Under the pieces are notes generated by a model that saw nothing but the letters and a program-made list of their open reading frames with translations, had not been told where the DNA came from and searched no databases. A stretch of DNA of 64,000 nt from Laetmonice hystrix (Eukaryota), in the NCBI GenBank assembly GCA_965235115.1, contig OZ249436.1:1242001-1306000 (forward strand). The letters run 5' to 3'. Of the stretch, positions 1-12,872 are shown piece after piece (position 1 is the stretch's first letter; each line of letters opens with the position of its first letter). The position numbers and the translations under genes were made by a program.

Positions 1-2385
1 ATCAGGTCTAAAGAGGGCAGAGAAAGGCTACCATCCACCAAGATCAGGTCTAAGGAGGGCAGAGAAAGGCTACCATCCACCAAGATCAGGTCTAAGGACA
101 GAGAAAGGCTACCATCCACCAAGATCAGGTCTAAAGAGGGCAGAGAAAGGCTACCATCCACCAAGATCAGGTCTAAGGAGGGCAGAGAAAGGCTACCATC
201 CACCAAGATCAGGTCTAGGAGGGCAGAGAAAGGCTACCATCCACCAAGATCAGGTCTAAGAAGGACAGAGAAAGGCTACCATCCACCAAGATCAGGTCTA
301 AGGAAGGAAGAGAAAGGCTACCATCCACCAAGATCAGGTCTAAGGAGGACAGAGAAAGGCTACCATCCACCAAGATCAGGTCTAAGGAGGACAGAGAACG
401 GCTACCATCCACCAAGATCAGGTCTAAGGAAGGCAGAGAAAGGCTACCATCCACCAAGATCAGGTCTAAGGACAGAGAAAGGCTACCATCCACCAAGATC
501 AGGTCTAAAGAGGGCAGAGAAAGGCTACCATCCACCAAGATCAGGTCTAAGGAGGGCAGAGAAAGGCTACCATCCACCAAGATCAGGTCTAGGAGGACAG
601 AGAAAGGCTACCATCCACCAAGATCAGGTCTAAGGAAGGCAGAGAAAGGCTACCATCCACCAAGATCAGGTCTAAGGAGGGCAGAGAAAGGCTACCATCC
701 ACCAAGATCAGGTCTAGGAGGGCAGAGAAAGGCTACCATCCACCAAGATCAGGTCTAAGGAAGGCAGAGAAAGGCTACCATCCACCAAGATCAGGTCTAG
801 GAGGACAGAGAAAGGCTACCATCCACCAAGATCAGGTCTAAGGAGGGCAGAGAAAGGCTACCATCCACCAAGATCAGGTCTAAGGAGGACAGAGAAAGGC
901 TACCATCCACCAAGATCAGGTCTAAGGAAGGCAGAGAAAGGCTGCCATCCACCAAGATCAGGTCTAAGGAAGGCAGAGAAAGGCTACCATCCACCAAGAT
1001 CAGGTCTAAGGAGGACAGAGAACGGCTACCATCCACCAAGATCAGGTCTAGGAGGGCAGAGAAAGGCTACCATCCACCAAGATCAGGTCTAAAGAGGGCA
1101 GAGAAAGGCTACCATCCACCAAGATCAGGAGGGCAAAGAAAGGCTACCATCCACCAAGATCAGGTCTAAGGAAGGCAGAGAAAGGCTACCATCCACCAAG
1201 ATCAGGTCTAAGGAAGGCAGAGAAAGGCTACCATCCACCAAGATCACGTCTGAGAAGGACAGAGAACGGCTACCATCCACCAAGATCAGGTCTAAGGAGG
1301 GCAGAGAAAGGCTACCATCCACCAAGATCAGGAGGGCAGAGAAAGGCTACCATCCACCAAGATCAGGTCTAAGGAAGGCAGAGAAAGGCTACCATCCACC
1401 AAGATCAGGTCTAAGGAAGGCAGAGAAAGGCTACCATCCACCAAGACCAGGTCTAAGGAAGGCAGAGAAAGGCTACCATCCACCAAGATCAGGTCTAAGG
1501 ACAGAGAAAGGCTACCATCCACCAAGATCAGGTCTAAGGAGGACAGAGAAAGGTTACCATCCACCAAGATCAGGTCTAAGGAGGACAGAGAAAGGCTACC
1601 ATCCACCAAGATCAGGTCTAAGGAGGGCAGAGAAAGGCTACCATCCACCAAGATCAGGTCTAAGGACAGAGAAAGGCTACCATCCACCAAGATCAGGTCT
1701 AAGGAAGGCAGAGAAAGGCTACCATCCACCAAGATCAGGTCTAAGGAGGGCAGAGAAAGGCTACCATCCACCAAGATCAGGTCTAGGAGGACAGCGAAAG
1801 GCTACCATCCACCAAGATCAGGTCTAAGGAGGGTAGAGAAAGGCTACCATCCACCAAGATCAGGTCTAAGGAGGACAGAGAAAGGCTACCATCCACCAAG
1901 ATCAGGTCTAAGGAGGGCAGAGAAAGACTACCATCCACCAAGATCAGGTCTAGGAGGACAGAGAAAGGCTACCATCCACCAAGATCAGGTCTAGGAGGGC
2001 AGAGAAAGGCTACCATCCACCAAGATCAGGTCTAAGGAGGACAGAGAAAGGCTACCATCCACCAAGATCAGGTCTAAGGAGGACAGAGAAAGGCTACCAT
2101 CCACCAAGATCAGGTCTAAAGAGGACAGAGAAAGGCTACCATCCACCAAGATCAGGTCTAAGGAAGGCAGAGAAAGGCTGCCATCCACCAAGATCAGGTC
2201 TAAAGAGGACAGAGAAAGGCTACCATCCACCAAGATCAGGAGGGCAGAGAAAGGCTACCATCCACCAAGATCAGGAGGGCAGAGAAAGGCTACCATCCAC
2301 CAAGATCAGGTCTAAGGAGGGCAGAGAAAGGCTACCATCCACCAAGATCAGGTCTAGGAGGGCAGAGAAAGGCTACCATCCACCA
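1..2385. repeat. Tandem array, 42-bp unit (AGGTCTAAGGAGGGCAGAGAAAGGCTACCATCCACCAAGATC), ~57 copies, truncated by window start
   Basis: Directly visible; shorter deletion variants occur. The minus-strand ORFs (VDGSLSLPSLDLIL)n are repeat translations. Confidence 0.97.
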
Positions 2386-2865
2386 GTTTGATTGGTTAGA
2401 TCACTGGGACAAACCGTAGCGCAAATTAAAAAGCAAACATATTGTATTCCTACCATAACTCGCAAAACAAAAGTCTAAAGTCTAGTAAAAAATAACTTGT
2501 TAGTATCAACTACGAACACAAAGACGATAAAGCTGTCTAAAGCAAGTCAACTTTCTGTTTGTATAAACGGCTTGCACAATGAGCTCGGATTCACAGGAAG
2601 GTTTTGTAAGAGATTCCTAATGTTGTCAAACCGTAGGCTTTATGCTAGAGTTTCTGCCGTATAGGTCAATCCTGCCAAGTAACCTTTCTGATCGCCATTA
2701 TGGCGAGCAGGACGGGTCACCTGAGGAAATTGAATCATTTCTCAGAGTAGTCGGTCAGCTTCCCTACTTCGTACAACTATATAGGGATGTGTCTCCATGT
2801 TCAAAGCTACCTTTAGTAAATGGAAAATAAAGAGTCATTTTGGGGTTATTCACCATTGCTTGTGC

Positions 2866-2965
2866 ACACCTAACAGCATTGGCTATATTTCTTGCAACAT
2901 TAAATTAGGCTCATGCCTGCACCTAACGGCCTTGGCTATGTTTCTTGCAACATTAAATTAGCTCA
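2866..2965. repeat. Two-copy ~52-bp tandem duplication
   Basis: CACCTAAC.GC.TTGGCTAT.TTTCTTGCAACATTAAATTAG occurs twice in tandem. Confidence 0.8.
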
Positions 2966-3394
2966 AACAGCGTCAAGTCACCTATACGTTACACGGTACA
3001 TCATCTGATCCCTGGCTTTATAGGTTAGGGAGAAGTGAGATTGGTGGATCTTTACATTGATATATTATCGCCTGGCAGTGGCTCAGTGTAATTGATATGT
3101 TAGGCCCTGTTTATAGGGCACGTCCAGTTAGAGATCGAGATAATTAATTGATAGCCAATTAGTTGATAAATTAATGACAATGCTCAGGGCCAGAATGGGC
3201 ATTTATCGCCTAATTAGTTTGGCTCCACTCCCCAGCCGAACTATGGATGATATCAAGTTTCTTTAACGGCGATTGATAACCAGAAGGTATAAAATCAGCG
3301 CCCTACTCACAGCAATGATTTCAATTTGATGAATGAACATCGATTCCGAATGTTCTTAGCCTATAAAATAAACAGCGAGGAAAACGAACTGCAG

Positions 3395-4434
3395 CATCAC
3401 ATTCTGTACTGACGGGAAACAACATCAGATTCTGTACTGACGGGAAACAACATCAGATTCTCTACTGACGGGAAACAACATCAGATTCTCTGCTGACGGG
3501 AAACAACATCACATTCTGTACTGACGGGAAACAACATCACATTCTGTACTGACGGGAAACAACATCACATTCTGTACTGACGGGAAACAACATCAGATTC
3601 TGTACTGACGGGAAACAACATGACATTCTGTACTGACGGGAAACAACATGACATTCTGTACTGACGGGAAACAACATGACATTCTGTACTGACGGGAAAC
3701 AACATTAGATTCTCTACCGACGAGAAACAACATCAGATTCTGTACTGACGGGAAACAACACCAGATTCTGTACTGACAGGAAACAACATCAGATTCTGTA
3801 CTGACGGGAAACAACATCAGATTCTGTACTGACGGGAAACAACATCAGATTCTGTACTGACGGGAAACAACATCAGATTCTGTACTGACGGGAAACAACA
3901 TCAGATTCTGTACTGACGGGAAACAACATCAGATTCTGTACTAACGGGAAACAACACCAGATTCTGTACTAACGGGAAACAACATCAGATTCTGTACTGA
4001 CGGGAAACAACATCAGATTCTGTACTGACGGGAAACAACATGAGATCCTGTACTAACGGGAAACAACACCAGATTCTGTACTAACGGGAAACAACATCAG
4101 ATTCTCTACTGACGGGAAACAACATCAGATTCTGTACTGACGGGAAACAACATCAGATTCTGTACTGACGGGAAACAACATCAGATTCTGTTCTGACGGG
4201 AAACAACATCAGATTCTCTACCGACGGGAAACAACACCAGATTCTCTACTGATGGGAAACAACATCAGATTCTGTACTGACGGGAAACAACATCAGATTC
4301 TGTACTGACGGGAAACAACACCAGATTCTCTACTGACGGGAAACAACATCAGATTCTCTACTGACAGGAAACAACATCAGATTCTGTACTGACGGGAAAC
4401 AACATCAGATTCTGATGGGAAACAACATGAGATT
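3395..4434. repeat. Tandem array, 28-bp unit (ATTCTGTACTGACGGGAAACAACATCAG), ~37 copies
   Basis: Directly visible, near-identical units, no spacers. Confidence 0.97.
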
Positions 4435-5710
4435 AACTAGGGACAGGAATGTGTGTCTGGGGAGGCACTCAATGACATAACCTCCTCTCATTGGTTGGCC
4501 AGATCAGCCAATCAGGCGCGTTTAACTTGATATTAAGTTTGTTTTTATCAAAACCAGACCCTGGAGTGTCACCGACCGAAGGATCGAAATTCTTTATTAA
4601 TTGATTGCATCCTGTTTTTTTATACCATGAAGATATTATAGGAACATGTCCCTTCCCGGAGCAAACTATCGGCATTAAAAATATCCTAGTGAGATTTGTT
4701 TTGTTTCAAGCGGCCGTGACGCCAGAACCTCTTCCGTAAAGTGCCAAACTCTATCTGACGGGCGAGCGGCCAAATATGAACTTACAATACTTTTGTTCAG
4801 TGTTATAGTTGGCAATTATAGACAGAATCGGAATACATAATGCAATATATTGGAATATGTGTTCACAATGAAGGTAACTCATTTATACGGATTACAGCCA
4901 TACCTGTACATTTTCAAAACTGGCTGGCCACTGGATGTTTTATTCAGTAGCAGACCTGATGACGAATGGCAAGGCTTACTTCATAGTGTCTTATATCCCA
5001 AGCAACCTGTTCCGTGAATGGCGACAATATGTATCATTATAAATCTGTTTGACAAACGTTATGTAACCGCTGGTGGATACCTGCATGATTCTATCACGGC
5101 TGGAATAAATACATGATATTCTTTGTAATTGGAATACATTTTATCTCCTGTGTGCCTCCTTATCCTCCAAGTTACAGTCCTATCACTAATGGAAAGCAAA
5201 ATTAATGGAACATGCATCCGTGAAAAAATACGTCACCATAATCTGGCGAAAGATATCATCGTCATTGTGTCATACATCGACTCAAAGTGAAACCTCACAG
5301 ATCGACAGATATGGCGGGAAGCGCAAGGGTTGTATTTATTGCATTAATGCCATTCGTGACATTTAAATTTGTTAAACTATACAGTCTATAATGATAACTA
5401 CCCAGTCTATTTGCATTATTTGTAATACTTCAAAATGATATTTCATTCTCAATATAACCCTTTTGAATCGCTGATGTGTTGAGGGTCCACAGTGTGAGGA
5501 GTCGTGGGATAAGACGATTAGGTCCCGAAGGAAATTATTTCATGAATAATATTATCAACCATGCCCTGCCAAGGAACGTAAAACGTAAGGAAGGGTTCTA
5601 TTAGCGTATAGTTTACATGGAGGAGCAGCATTTCATATTTGCTTTATTTGACACCAAACGTGACACAGATTACATTTAAGAAAATATCAAATCATTGGCA
5701 TTTGCTAAAA

Positions 5711-5713
<3 letters not shown>

Positions 5714-5775
<62 letters not shown>

Positions 5776-5776
5776 A
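5714..5776. repeat. (GA)n microsatellite ~1 kb upstream of the GPCR start codon
   Basis: Directly visible. Confidence 0.95.
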
Positions 5777-6764
5777 CAAGGGAGAGGGAAAGCGAGAGAC
5801 AGAGAAAACGACGAAGCCATAGAGAGAATTGCCGCTGAGAAGGCGGACTGTACATATACATTTAACGAATTTAACGAGTCATTGGCCGTTCTGCTTTAGC
5901 GCGCTGGCAGTCGGCGAACCCGTGGACCACGCATGTAATCGCAGATGAAGCCCGGCCATGCCCGGCATCAGCTGAGGTATCACTGGAGCCGTTCGCAGCG
6001 AGTCGCCAACCACCAGGCAGTCTCCCACAGATGGGCTGAGCGAACTGGCCTCGGTCTCAACACCAGGCAGAGAGCTCCGCTCACATTAACAGGTACGGCG
6101 CGGCACTGATCACATCAGGCAAGGAGTTTTACCCAACCATTACAGACTTCAGCTACAGGGCGGGATTGTCCACCCTCAGGACAGTAATCCTGATTTGACG
6201 TCATAACATTTCCATGTGAAGGGGTAGACACCGAGGAAGGCACGGATGGACTGGTTCTATTGAACCACTTAATATTAACACCTTCACGACTATCAATCTA
6301 ATCAGCTAACTGTGCTTTAGATCCCAGGTACATCACGCAGGATCCTAACTATGTGATAATTTTCCGGTAATTGGCCTAGCGATTTTATTAACCTGTTGGA
6401 GCAATAAGAGGACCATACGAACCATCACCGTAACTGACTGGATGGGATTGGCAAGCCTGTAAACCCAGGACGTGGAAGAAGAATTTATTTACTTTTAACG
6501 ACAAACCCTTCCCTATTGGATTTTACTCTGCAGTGTAACAATCGCAAAGAAAGGGAAGGGATCTTTGATACCCTGCTCACGTGTCAGCACAGACTATAAC
6601 CTCGGGCTTTCCCCCCTCTCTCAGCTGGCAGAGAGCCGTCTAACAGTGACACTCATTTTGTGTCATTTTCCTGTCGTTCCCCTGCCATCATACAGGATAG
6701 GCCTGCCAAACAAGAAGACGCTGCTAACTTTGCACGTTCTAGTTCCTTGACGTTATCCGTCGCC

Positions 6765-7044
6765 ATGAATGCCACACTGAGTAACTTGAGTGGGAACGTC
6801 TCCGACAGTCTACAACCATGGCCACTGTTGAGGAAGTCTACCACCCTTGTTGTCATACTCTCGGTCGCTTACTTCTTGGTCTTCATCCTCAGTGTCGTCA
6901 ACAACAGTCTGGTAGTGTCAGTCATATACCGGACGCCTCAGATGAGAAACGTCACCAACTATTTTCTCGCCAACCTGGCCATAGCGGACCTTACTGTCTC
7001 CTTCATTGTCTTGCCGATCACGTTGCTGAACAATCTTTTTACAG
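6765..7044 (+). CDS. First coding exon of a class A (rhodopsin-like) neuropeptide GPCR, SIFamide/NPFF-receptor-like; N-terminus through TM2
   Basis: gccATG at 6765. N-glycosylation sequons NAT/NLS/NVS; TM1 AYFLVFILSVVNNSLVVSVI; ICL1 YRTPQMRNVTNYF; TM2 LANLAIADL..LP; ends LLNNLFT-G at a canonical donor AG|GTAAGT (7045, phase 1). Subfamily is inferred from motif resemblance. Confidence 0.9.
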
Positions 7045-7190
7045 GTAAGTCACGTTCGTTTCAAGGTTTACCGGAATAAATGTTTCTCACCCGTTTCTTT
7101 CCGTTCCTCCTCTACGTTTAACGTTTTACATTGTGTCCTGAATACATCAGGAAACAGATGTATCGTCACGTGCGTGAGAAAGCTATACTT

Positions 7191-7312
7191 ATAGTTTACA
7201 GATGGTAATAAACCGATGTTATAGAGTTTACAGATGGTAATAAAGCGATGTTATAGAGTTTACAGATGGTAATAAACCGATGTTATATAGTTTACAGATG
7301 GTAATAAACCGA
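7191..7312. repeat. Tandem array, 32-bp unit, ~4 copies
   Basis: AGTTTACAGATGGTAATAAACCGATGTTATAG repeated. Confidence 0.9.
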
Positions 7313-8169
7313 TTGTCTGATGATGCAGGTTGTCGAATCCCTAGTAGGCAGGTAATATTCCCATAAAACGGCCGGGCGGGTGGGTGGTCTATATAACACA
7401 TTGTGGCCTCAGGTGTATGCAACCTATTTTGAATGCAAATGAAGAATCCCAAACAACTTCTTTGTACAAAATCCCAGTATTATCTTATCTTCTACCCCCG
7501 CACGTTTTCAATCATCTCATTATCAGCCTACCGACGTTATAGTTGAACTATTTACGCCAACTCATTGTTATGACGGTAGTCGATAGATTCTGAGACGTCG
7601 TAAAGTCGCCAATCCGTTCTCATTGGTTGGTAATCTATATAGTTAGGCAGATAGTGATTAGCAAAGCGCTCTTATGCACATTCTGCAACTTAGGAAATCC
7701 TCTCACATAGAAGCACCTCATCGCCCCCGAGGACCAAATAGAATAACATGCATATGCTCACAGCTTCAGGGAAAGAGCTGCTTAGCTTGCGTGCGCTAGG
7801 CGTGTGAATGGCTGCCTAATTGGACGAATAATTGTACGGGCTCTACGACGAGGGGCCTTAACCCAATGTCGCAAACGAATTTAACGTAAATTTGATCCAG
7901 CCGCCTACCTGCTAAACAGGAATTATAGCAGCCCGGGTCCAGGAACAGGATGGACGAGCTGGCACGTTCTGGGGATAATGTCGTAATCAGCCTCAGACAT
8001 GACTCTAATGCCAGTCTGTCGGTGCGTGCCTAACTAGCAAATCATGGTCCCTCGGTGGCAACGAACAATAGCATGGTGGACCTCCTCACACCTATACAAG
8101 TATGAGAGCAAGTCGGTTCCCTCCCAGCACGCCTGCAGGTGATCAGTTCTCACGCTCGATTAGCCATGA

Positions 8170-8802
8170 GGATCGGAAAGTCCTCCCTGAGCCGGTGCGA
8201 GTCTTACAGGGTCTCTGGCATTGATTGTGTTAGGATGGGAAAGTCGGCCCAGATGGTCCCTGAGCCCGTGCAAGTCTTACAGGGTCTCTGGCATTGATTG
8301 TGTTAGGATCGCAGAAAGTCGGCCCAGATGGTCCCTGAGCCCGTGCGAGTCTTACAGGGTCTCTGGCATTGATTGTGTTAGGATCGCGGAAAGTCGGCCC
8401 AGATGGTTCCTGAGCCCGTGCGAGTCTTACAGGGTCTCTGGCATTGATTGTGTTAGGATCGCGGAAAGTCGGCCCAGATGGTCCCTGAGCCCGTGCGAGT
8501 CTTACAGGGTCTCTGGCATTGATTGTGTTAGGATCGCAGAAAGTCGGCCCAGATGGTCCCTGAGCCCGTGCGAGTCTTACAGGGTCTCTGGCATTGATTG
8601 TGTTAGGATCGCGGAAAGTCGGCCCAGATGGTTCCTGAGCCCGTGCGAGTCTTACAGGGTCTCTGGCATTGATTGTGTTAGGATGGGAAAGTCGGCCCAG
8701 ATGGTCCCTGAGCCCGTGCGAGTCTTACAGGGTCTCTGGCATTGATTGTGTTAGGATCGCGGAAAGTCGGCCCAGATGGTTCCTGAGCCCGTGCGAGTCT
8801 TA
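8170..8802. repeat. 73/75-bp satellite, left segment (~8.5 copies)
   Basis: Unit GATTGTGTTAGGAT(GG/CGCG)GAAAGTCGGCCCAGATGGTCCCTGAGCCCGTGCGAGTCTTACAGGGTCTCTGGCATT; interrupted at GTC-TTA by a transposon. Confidence 0.97.
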
Positions 8803-10059
8803 TGGGTCAGATCCACTAAGGCGACGACATTCGCATTGAAATTCTCATGCGACGCATGCGATCATGCGAATGTTGCGACTGATGCGAATCCTATGCGAAT
8901 GGCAAATCCACTACAGCGATTCATGCGAATTTCTCTTGCGAATGGCAAATCCACTACAGCGATTCATGCGAATTTCTCTTGCGAATGGTAAATCCCCTTC
9001 AGCGATTCATGCGAATTTCTCACGCGAATGTCTGAGCGTATTGCTAGACGAGTTAGGTTTATTTTCAATGGGCAATTTCTTTTACCCTTTAAAATTATTC
9101 GTGACCACCCGGGCCTAATATTCGCCCATCAACATGGAGATACCGATAGATAGATAGTTTGCCTTCTCTCTTATCAGACTGTATGGAATTGTATCAGATA
9201 TATGATAATATGATAATATGTATAAACAATGCATGTTTTATTTTACTAAATTTTACGTACACAAAGCAAAATGTACTGATGAACGTCTTTATCAAGAATA
9301 TTTTGCCTCTGCCCTTTGAAGACAACGATCTTGATACAACAACTAACCTGTGGAAATATAAGGTAACTTCTAAATCTTTCTAACAAAACTTTCCAGGCCG
9401 TGTTGGCTCTGACGTATCCACGAGATGCTTCGGTGACTAACGTTAACAATATTACAGATCGGGTTTAACTTGAAAAGGATTTACAGAAGTCATCTCGTAT
9501 TATCATATCATAGAGTCCTTACACCTTTTACGAAAGACAAACCTGTGACATAGAATTAATAAGTTCTATGTGTGTTACGAAATGTCCTTGTTACTCATCT
9601 CTGACAGGCTCTGGGACATCCTACTCCCAATATAACACGTATACTTTCTTTTTTTAAACAGAATTGCCGAAATCGTCTGATTCATATGTTCTTTATGTAT
9701 GAACTAATAAACTAGATCTCAAAAACAAAATGGTTCTCCCATCACATTATAATCTATCATTGCAAACATAGATTTTCCTAAGTCGGTCAAACAAAAAAAT
9801 GGTTAAAAAAGAAACAAGAGTCGGCAAATATTTTCACCCCTGACACAAGTTAAAAAATACAGAATGGGCTTCAAAAAAATGACCATATCGCTTGGATTAT
9901 GCTGCAATAAAATTGTACACGAGAAACCCGATACATCCGGGGTATGACCATATGCATACCAACAAAATGGATGAAATATCTAACATCCAACAGTCAAGAA
10001 ACCCTCATAAGCTAACATAAACAAGGAAATCCTGTAGCCATATCAGATATATTTGGATT

Positions 10060-10575
10060 TCAATCTTTCTTAGGCCAGTCGCCCTCCATTGCATCTAGTG
10101 CGACAGTATCTACATATATTTTGAAGCGCTCAGCCACCCTGGGTTGCATTGCGCTAACCTTTCCCGCCAGAAGTCGTGACCAGACAACATTTTTGTCTTG
10201 TTCTGAAGAAGACACTTTGGCTTTGGAATAGGATTCAGCTATGGCTGAAACAGAATTCGTCAGTTGTGTGAACATGTGTTTCTTTTCTTCCTCCTCCTTC
10301 CGTGCGTAACCCTTTTTCTTAGCTTTAGGACATGGGGGCTCCTCTTCCTCGTCAGATCCTAAGTCGAGATCCACCATCTCAGGAAACCTCTTCTTCATAA
10401 GGGGATTCTTGCCTGATTTCAGAGTCAATCTGTCTGTTTTGCGTGGTGGGGTTGGATCTTCCCTGATGGGTTCAGGCCAATCGTTATCTGTATTCTCTTG
10501 TTCCTCATCTGTCTCCTTGTCCAAGTTAGCTGATTCATGAGCCTTCTTCTTTATGGTCTGGGCAGCTGGATAGGT
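10060..10575 (-). CDS. MADF protein exon 3: acidic/basic linker and BESS-like C-terminal motif
   Basis: TAG acceptor. Reads TYPAAQTIKKKAHESANLDKETDEE... in frame with ORF 10060-10524 and ends DKNVVWSRLLAGKVSAMQPRVAERFKIYVDTVALDAMEGDWPKKD*. Spliced CDS 352+197+516=1065 nt (354 aa), no internal stop. Confidence 0.85.
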   Translation of the reverse strand, partial: TYPAAQTIKKKAHESANLDKETDEEQENTDNDWPEPIREDPTPPRKTDRLTLKSGKNPLMKKRFPEMVDLDLGSDEEEEPPCPKAKKKGYARKEEEEKKHMFTQLTNSVSAIAESYSKAKVSSSEQDKNVVWSRLLAGKVSAMQPRVAERFKIYVDTVALDAMEGDWPKKD

Positions 10576-11165
10576 CTACACGAGCAGAAAAAATACATAA
10601 CATCAATGCTACGAAAATATTACCAATCAAAAAATGAAGTGCAGTTTTTCCTGAAATTCACAATTTTCTCACTTCCATATCACTGTGATGAACAATGTTA
10701 CCTTGACCAGCTTTCATGACGAAAGATAATATGCACAGGGGTCCATATTATTTGGGTAATTTCAAAGACAAAGACCGTCCGTAAGGGAGGGGGGGGGGGG
10801 GGTCCAACTACTATGTTAGCGAATGGGTGCAGTAATCTTGGGGCTGGGGTTTAATTCCAGTATACAGGACTATACAACTTTTTTCTTTCCGGACATTCTC
10901 AAAGTAACCGGGTTACGCCAGATTTCCGTGCATTTAAAAATAGAAATCACTCACTCGCTCAGTGGAATTGATGAATAACAGAATAGCAATGCTCCTATCA
11001 AATGACCATTCATCTGACTACTATTGGAACAGTAGCGAAATTATATTTTCAGGAATGGATATTAATAAGGCGATTGTACAAACAGTTAATTTGGCGTGAA
11101 TAATATTATGCTTTAAGGTGATATAGGTCTAATATATGGTACAGGATTTATATTATTTCACTCAC

Positions 11166-11362
11166 CATCACCTTCCTAGGGCTCTTTCGTTTCAGGTTAC
11201 TGACACTTTCCCGCGACTTTATATGGCAGCGCAAAAATGAACACATATCCAGGATATCACACTGCCTGGGTGTTAGTCTATCTGAGCCAGATCCTGATGG
11301 AATGTAGGCCAGTTTGGTGAATGTTGTTCTTAATGATCTCAGGTGAAGCTCGATATCTTTTA
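11166..11362 (-). CDS. MADF protein exon 2 (absent from the ORF track)
   Basis: Polypyrimidine tract + CAG acceptor. Translates VKDIELHLRSLRTTFTKLAYIPSGSGSDRLTPRQCDILDMCSFLRCHIKSRESVSNLKRKSPRKVM (MADF helix 3, SGSG, xxFL). 197 nt, donor GTGAGT, phase 0; frame-compatible with exons 1 and 3. Confidence 0.88.
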
Positions 11363-11550
11363 CTGAAAAAAAGAATGAGAATATTAAATAACATATAAAC
11401 TCGCGCCAAGTGGGGGGGGGGGGGGGGCTGCGCTAGGGGGGGGCCTCCAACTGAAAATGTTTGGAAATATAAAATGCTATTTCCCGGCTTCTCAGCATCA
11501 GACTGAAGAGCTTTCAGTGCCGACCTTTTGGTAAAAATTAATGTAATAAT

Positions 11551-11819
11551 CAGTGGATGACCCAGAGGGGCTTGGCCTTAGATTTTCCTTTTATGTATGA
11601 AGATGCATTAGTATGTATACAGTTCCAATGAAATCATGCCGAGCGGAGCAAAGCTAAACAATTTTTAGGTGCCCCCCCAACCCCCTTATCAAAATCCTAG
11701 ATTCCCCCACTGATTAATGCTTATTAGAAAGGGGGGATGGCCGAGAGCAGGTGGAATGGTCGAGAGCAGGGGGGGGGGGGGTCACGACCCCAAAACCCCT
11801 CCCCCTGGATCCACCCCTG
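11551..11819. mobile_element. Degenerate small MITE remnants in intron 1 of the MADF gene
   Basis: CAGTGG...CCACTG bracket (11551-11712) and a second end ...CCCCCTGGATCCACCCCTG with G/C tracts; no clean TSD. Confidence 0.4.
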
Positions 11820-12150
11820 TTTACATATTAGGCTACATGTAGGGGGGTGGGCGGGTAGTGCCTCCTGAGCATGTATAACAGGTATCAATAACAGTGTTAA
11901 TGTTGGGGTATCAACATGCAGGGGCCTACCTCCAAATTTCATAGGCCTATATTATCTATGTGCCCTATTTCATAAGAATGCGTTGATCTTCCATGTACCC
12001 GATAGCCTAGTAGACTAATGAATAGGCCTAGATCTATTCTCTGACTCTTTTTTTATTAATCATATTTGGCGTTTACAATTAGGCCTAGGCCTCTATGGGT
12101 TAATAAAGTAGGCCTACCAACAGGGCATAGAGCGAGGCCTATCAACTTAC

Positions 12151-12502
12151 CATCCATCTCCAGGATAGCGGAGAACCTTTTCACCGCAGCAGCACGTTTA
12201 ACCGTGTTCCGGTAATCTTTTGACGTAGAATCGTAAAGGTGAGCCTCTTCTGCCCAAAGTTCACATAAGCGGTGCTCCCTCTCACGGGTCCACCGGCGGC
12301 TTGTCCCGGGGCTTTGTGCCCCGACATCCTCAAATGTGTCTTCATAATCAATCCGATTAGAAATCATGCCTTGGGTAGGTGTCTTGGGTAGGTGTGCATC
12401 TTTCGGTGTGCATCTTTCGGGTTCCGCGGTTTGTTTTTTGGGGGGTGTGACCTCTTCCCTCGCCTTTGATTTGCCTTGTCTTCTTACATTTTTTCGCACC
12501 AT
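12151..12502 (-). CDS. MADF/Myb-SANT DNA-binding protein, exon 1 of 3 (Harbinger-associated)
   Basis: ATG at 12502; WTREREHRLCELWAEEAHLYDSTSKDYRNTVKRAAAVKRFSAIL matches the MADF N-terminal pattern. 352 nt, donor G|GTAAGT at 12150, phase 1. Confidence 0.88.
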
Positions 12503-12815
12503 CTTGCTAGCCGGGTCCCCAGCTCTATATTAACTTCGTATATAGAGCCTGGCGTAGGCCAATCGAAGCAAGCGTTGTGATTGGCCCATCGAAAACATGG
12601 ACGCAAACGAGGTATAGTTCCGTACCCCCCGTATTTCTCCAACAAGACACAAATATTTTCGTCAATCCCTTTAAAATACAAGTGTTAAATGTCCTCGCTT
12701 TTCTGGATGTAAACATAGCGTCACCAGTCCCCACACCTGCAACGGTCTGCATACGCAGTCGCATGTTGGCCACTCCCGGCCACGCTCCAAGCAGAAGTCG
12801 ATCACTCTGTTAACG

Positions 12816-12872
12816 CCGGAGGCGGAAGTGATTAGCTCCGAGGCGGAAGTGCTTGGAGACCAACACTTCCGT
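12816..12872. promoter_or_regulatory. Three ETS-like CGGAAGTG motifs ~320-370 bp upstream of the MADF ATG
   Basis: GAGGCGGAAGTG twice plus inverted CACTTCCG; a CCAAT and an AT-rich TATA-like stretch lie nearer the ATG. Function is inferred. Confidence 0.35.

Noticed and set aside
3395..4434. 28-bp (and 40-bp) arrays as CRISPR
   Set aside because: Units are head-to-tail with no unique spacers, there are no cas genes, and the context is eukaryotic.
6196..6203. Perfect CRE (TGACGTCA) upstream of the GPCR
   Set aside because: The same 8-mer occurs at ~43452, ~46474 and ~57170 without gene context; unsupported alone.
6660..6764. N-terminal extension of the GPCR ORF in the ORF track
   Set aside because: It starts at TTG; the gccATG at 6765 followed by glycosylation sequons is the likelier start. 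The tail after 7044 is intron.
12525..12813. Short ORFs upstream of the MADF gene as transposase
   Set aside because: No Harbinger DDE motifs; they overlap the probable promoter region.
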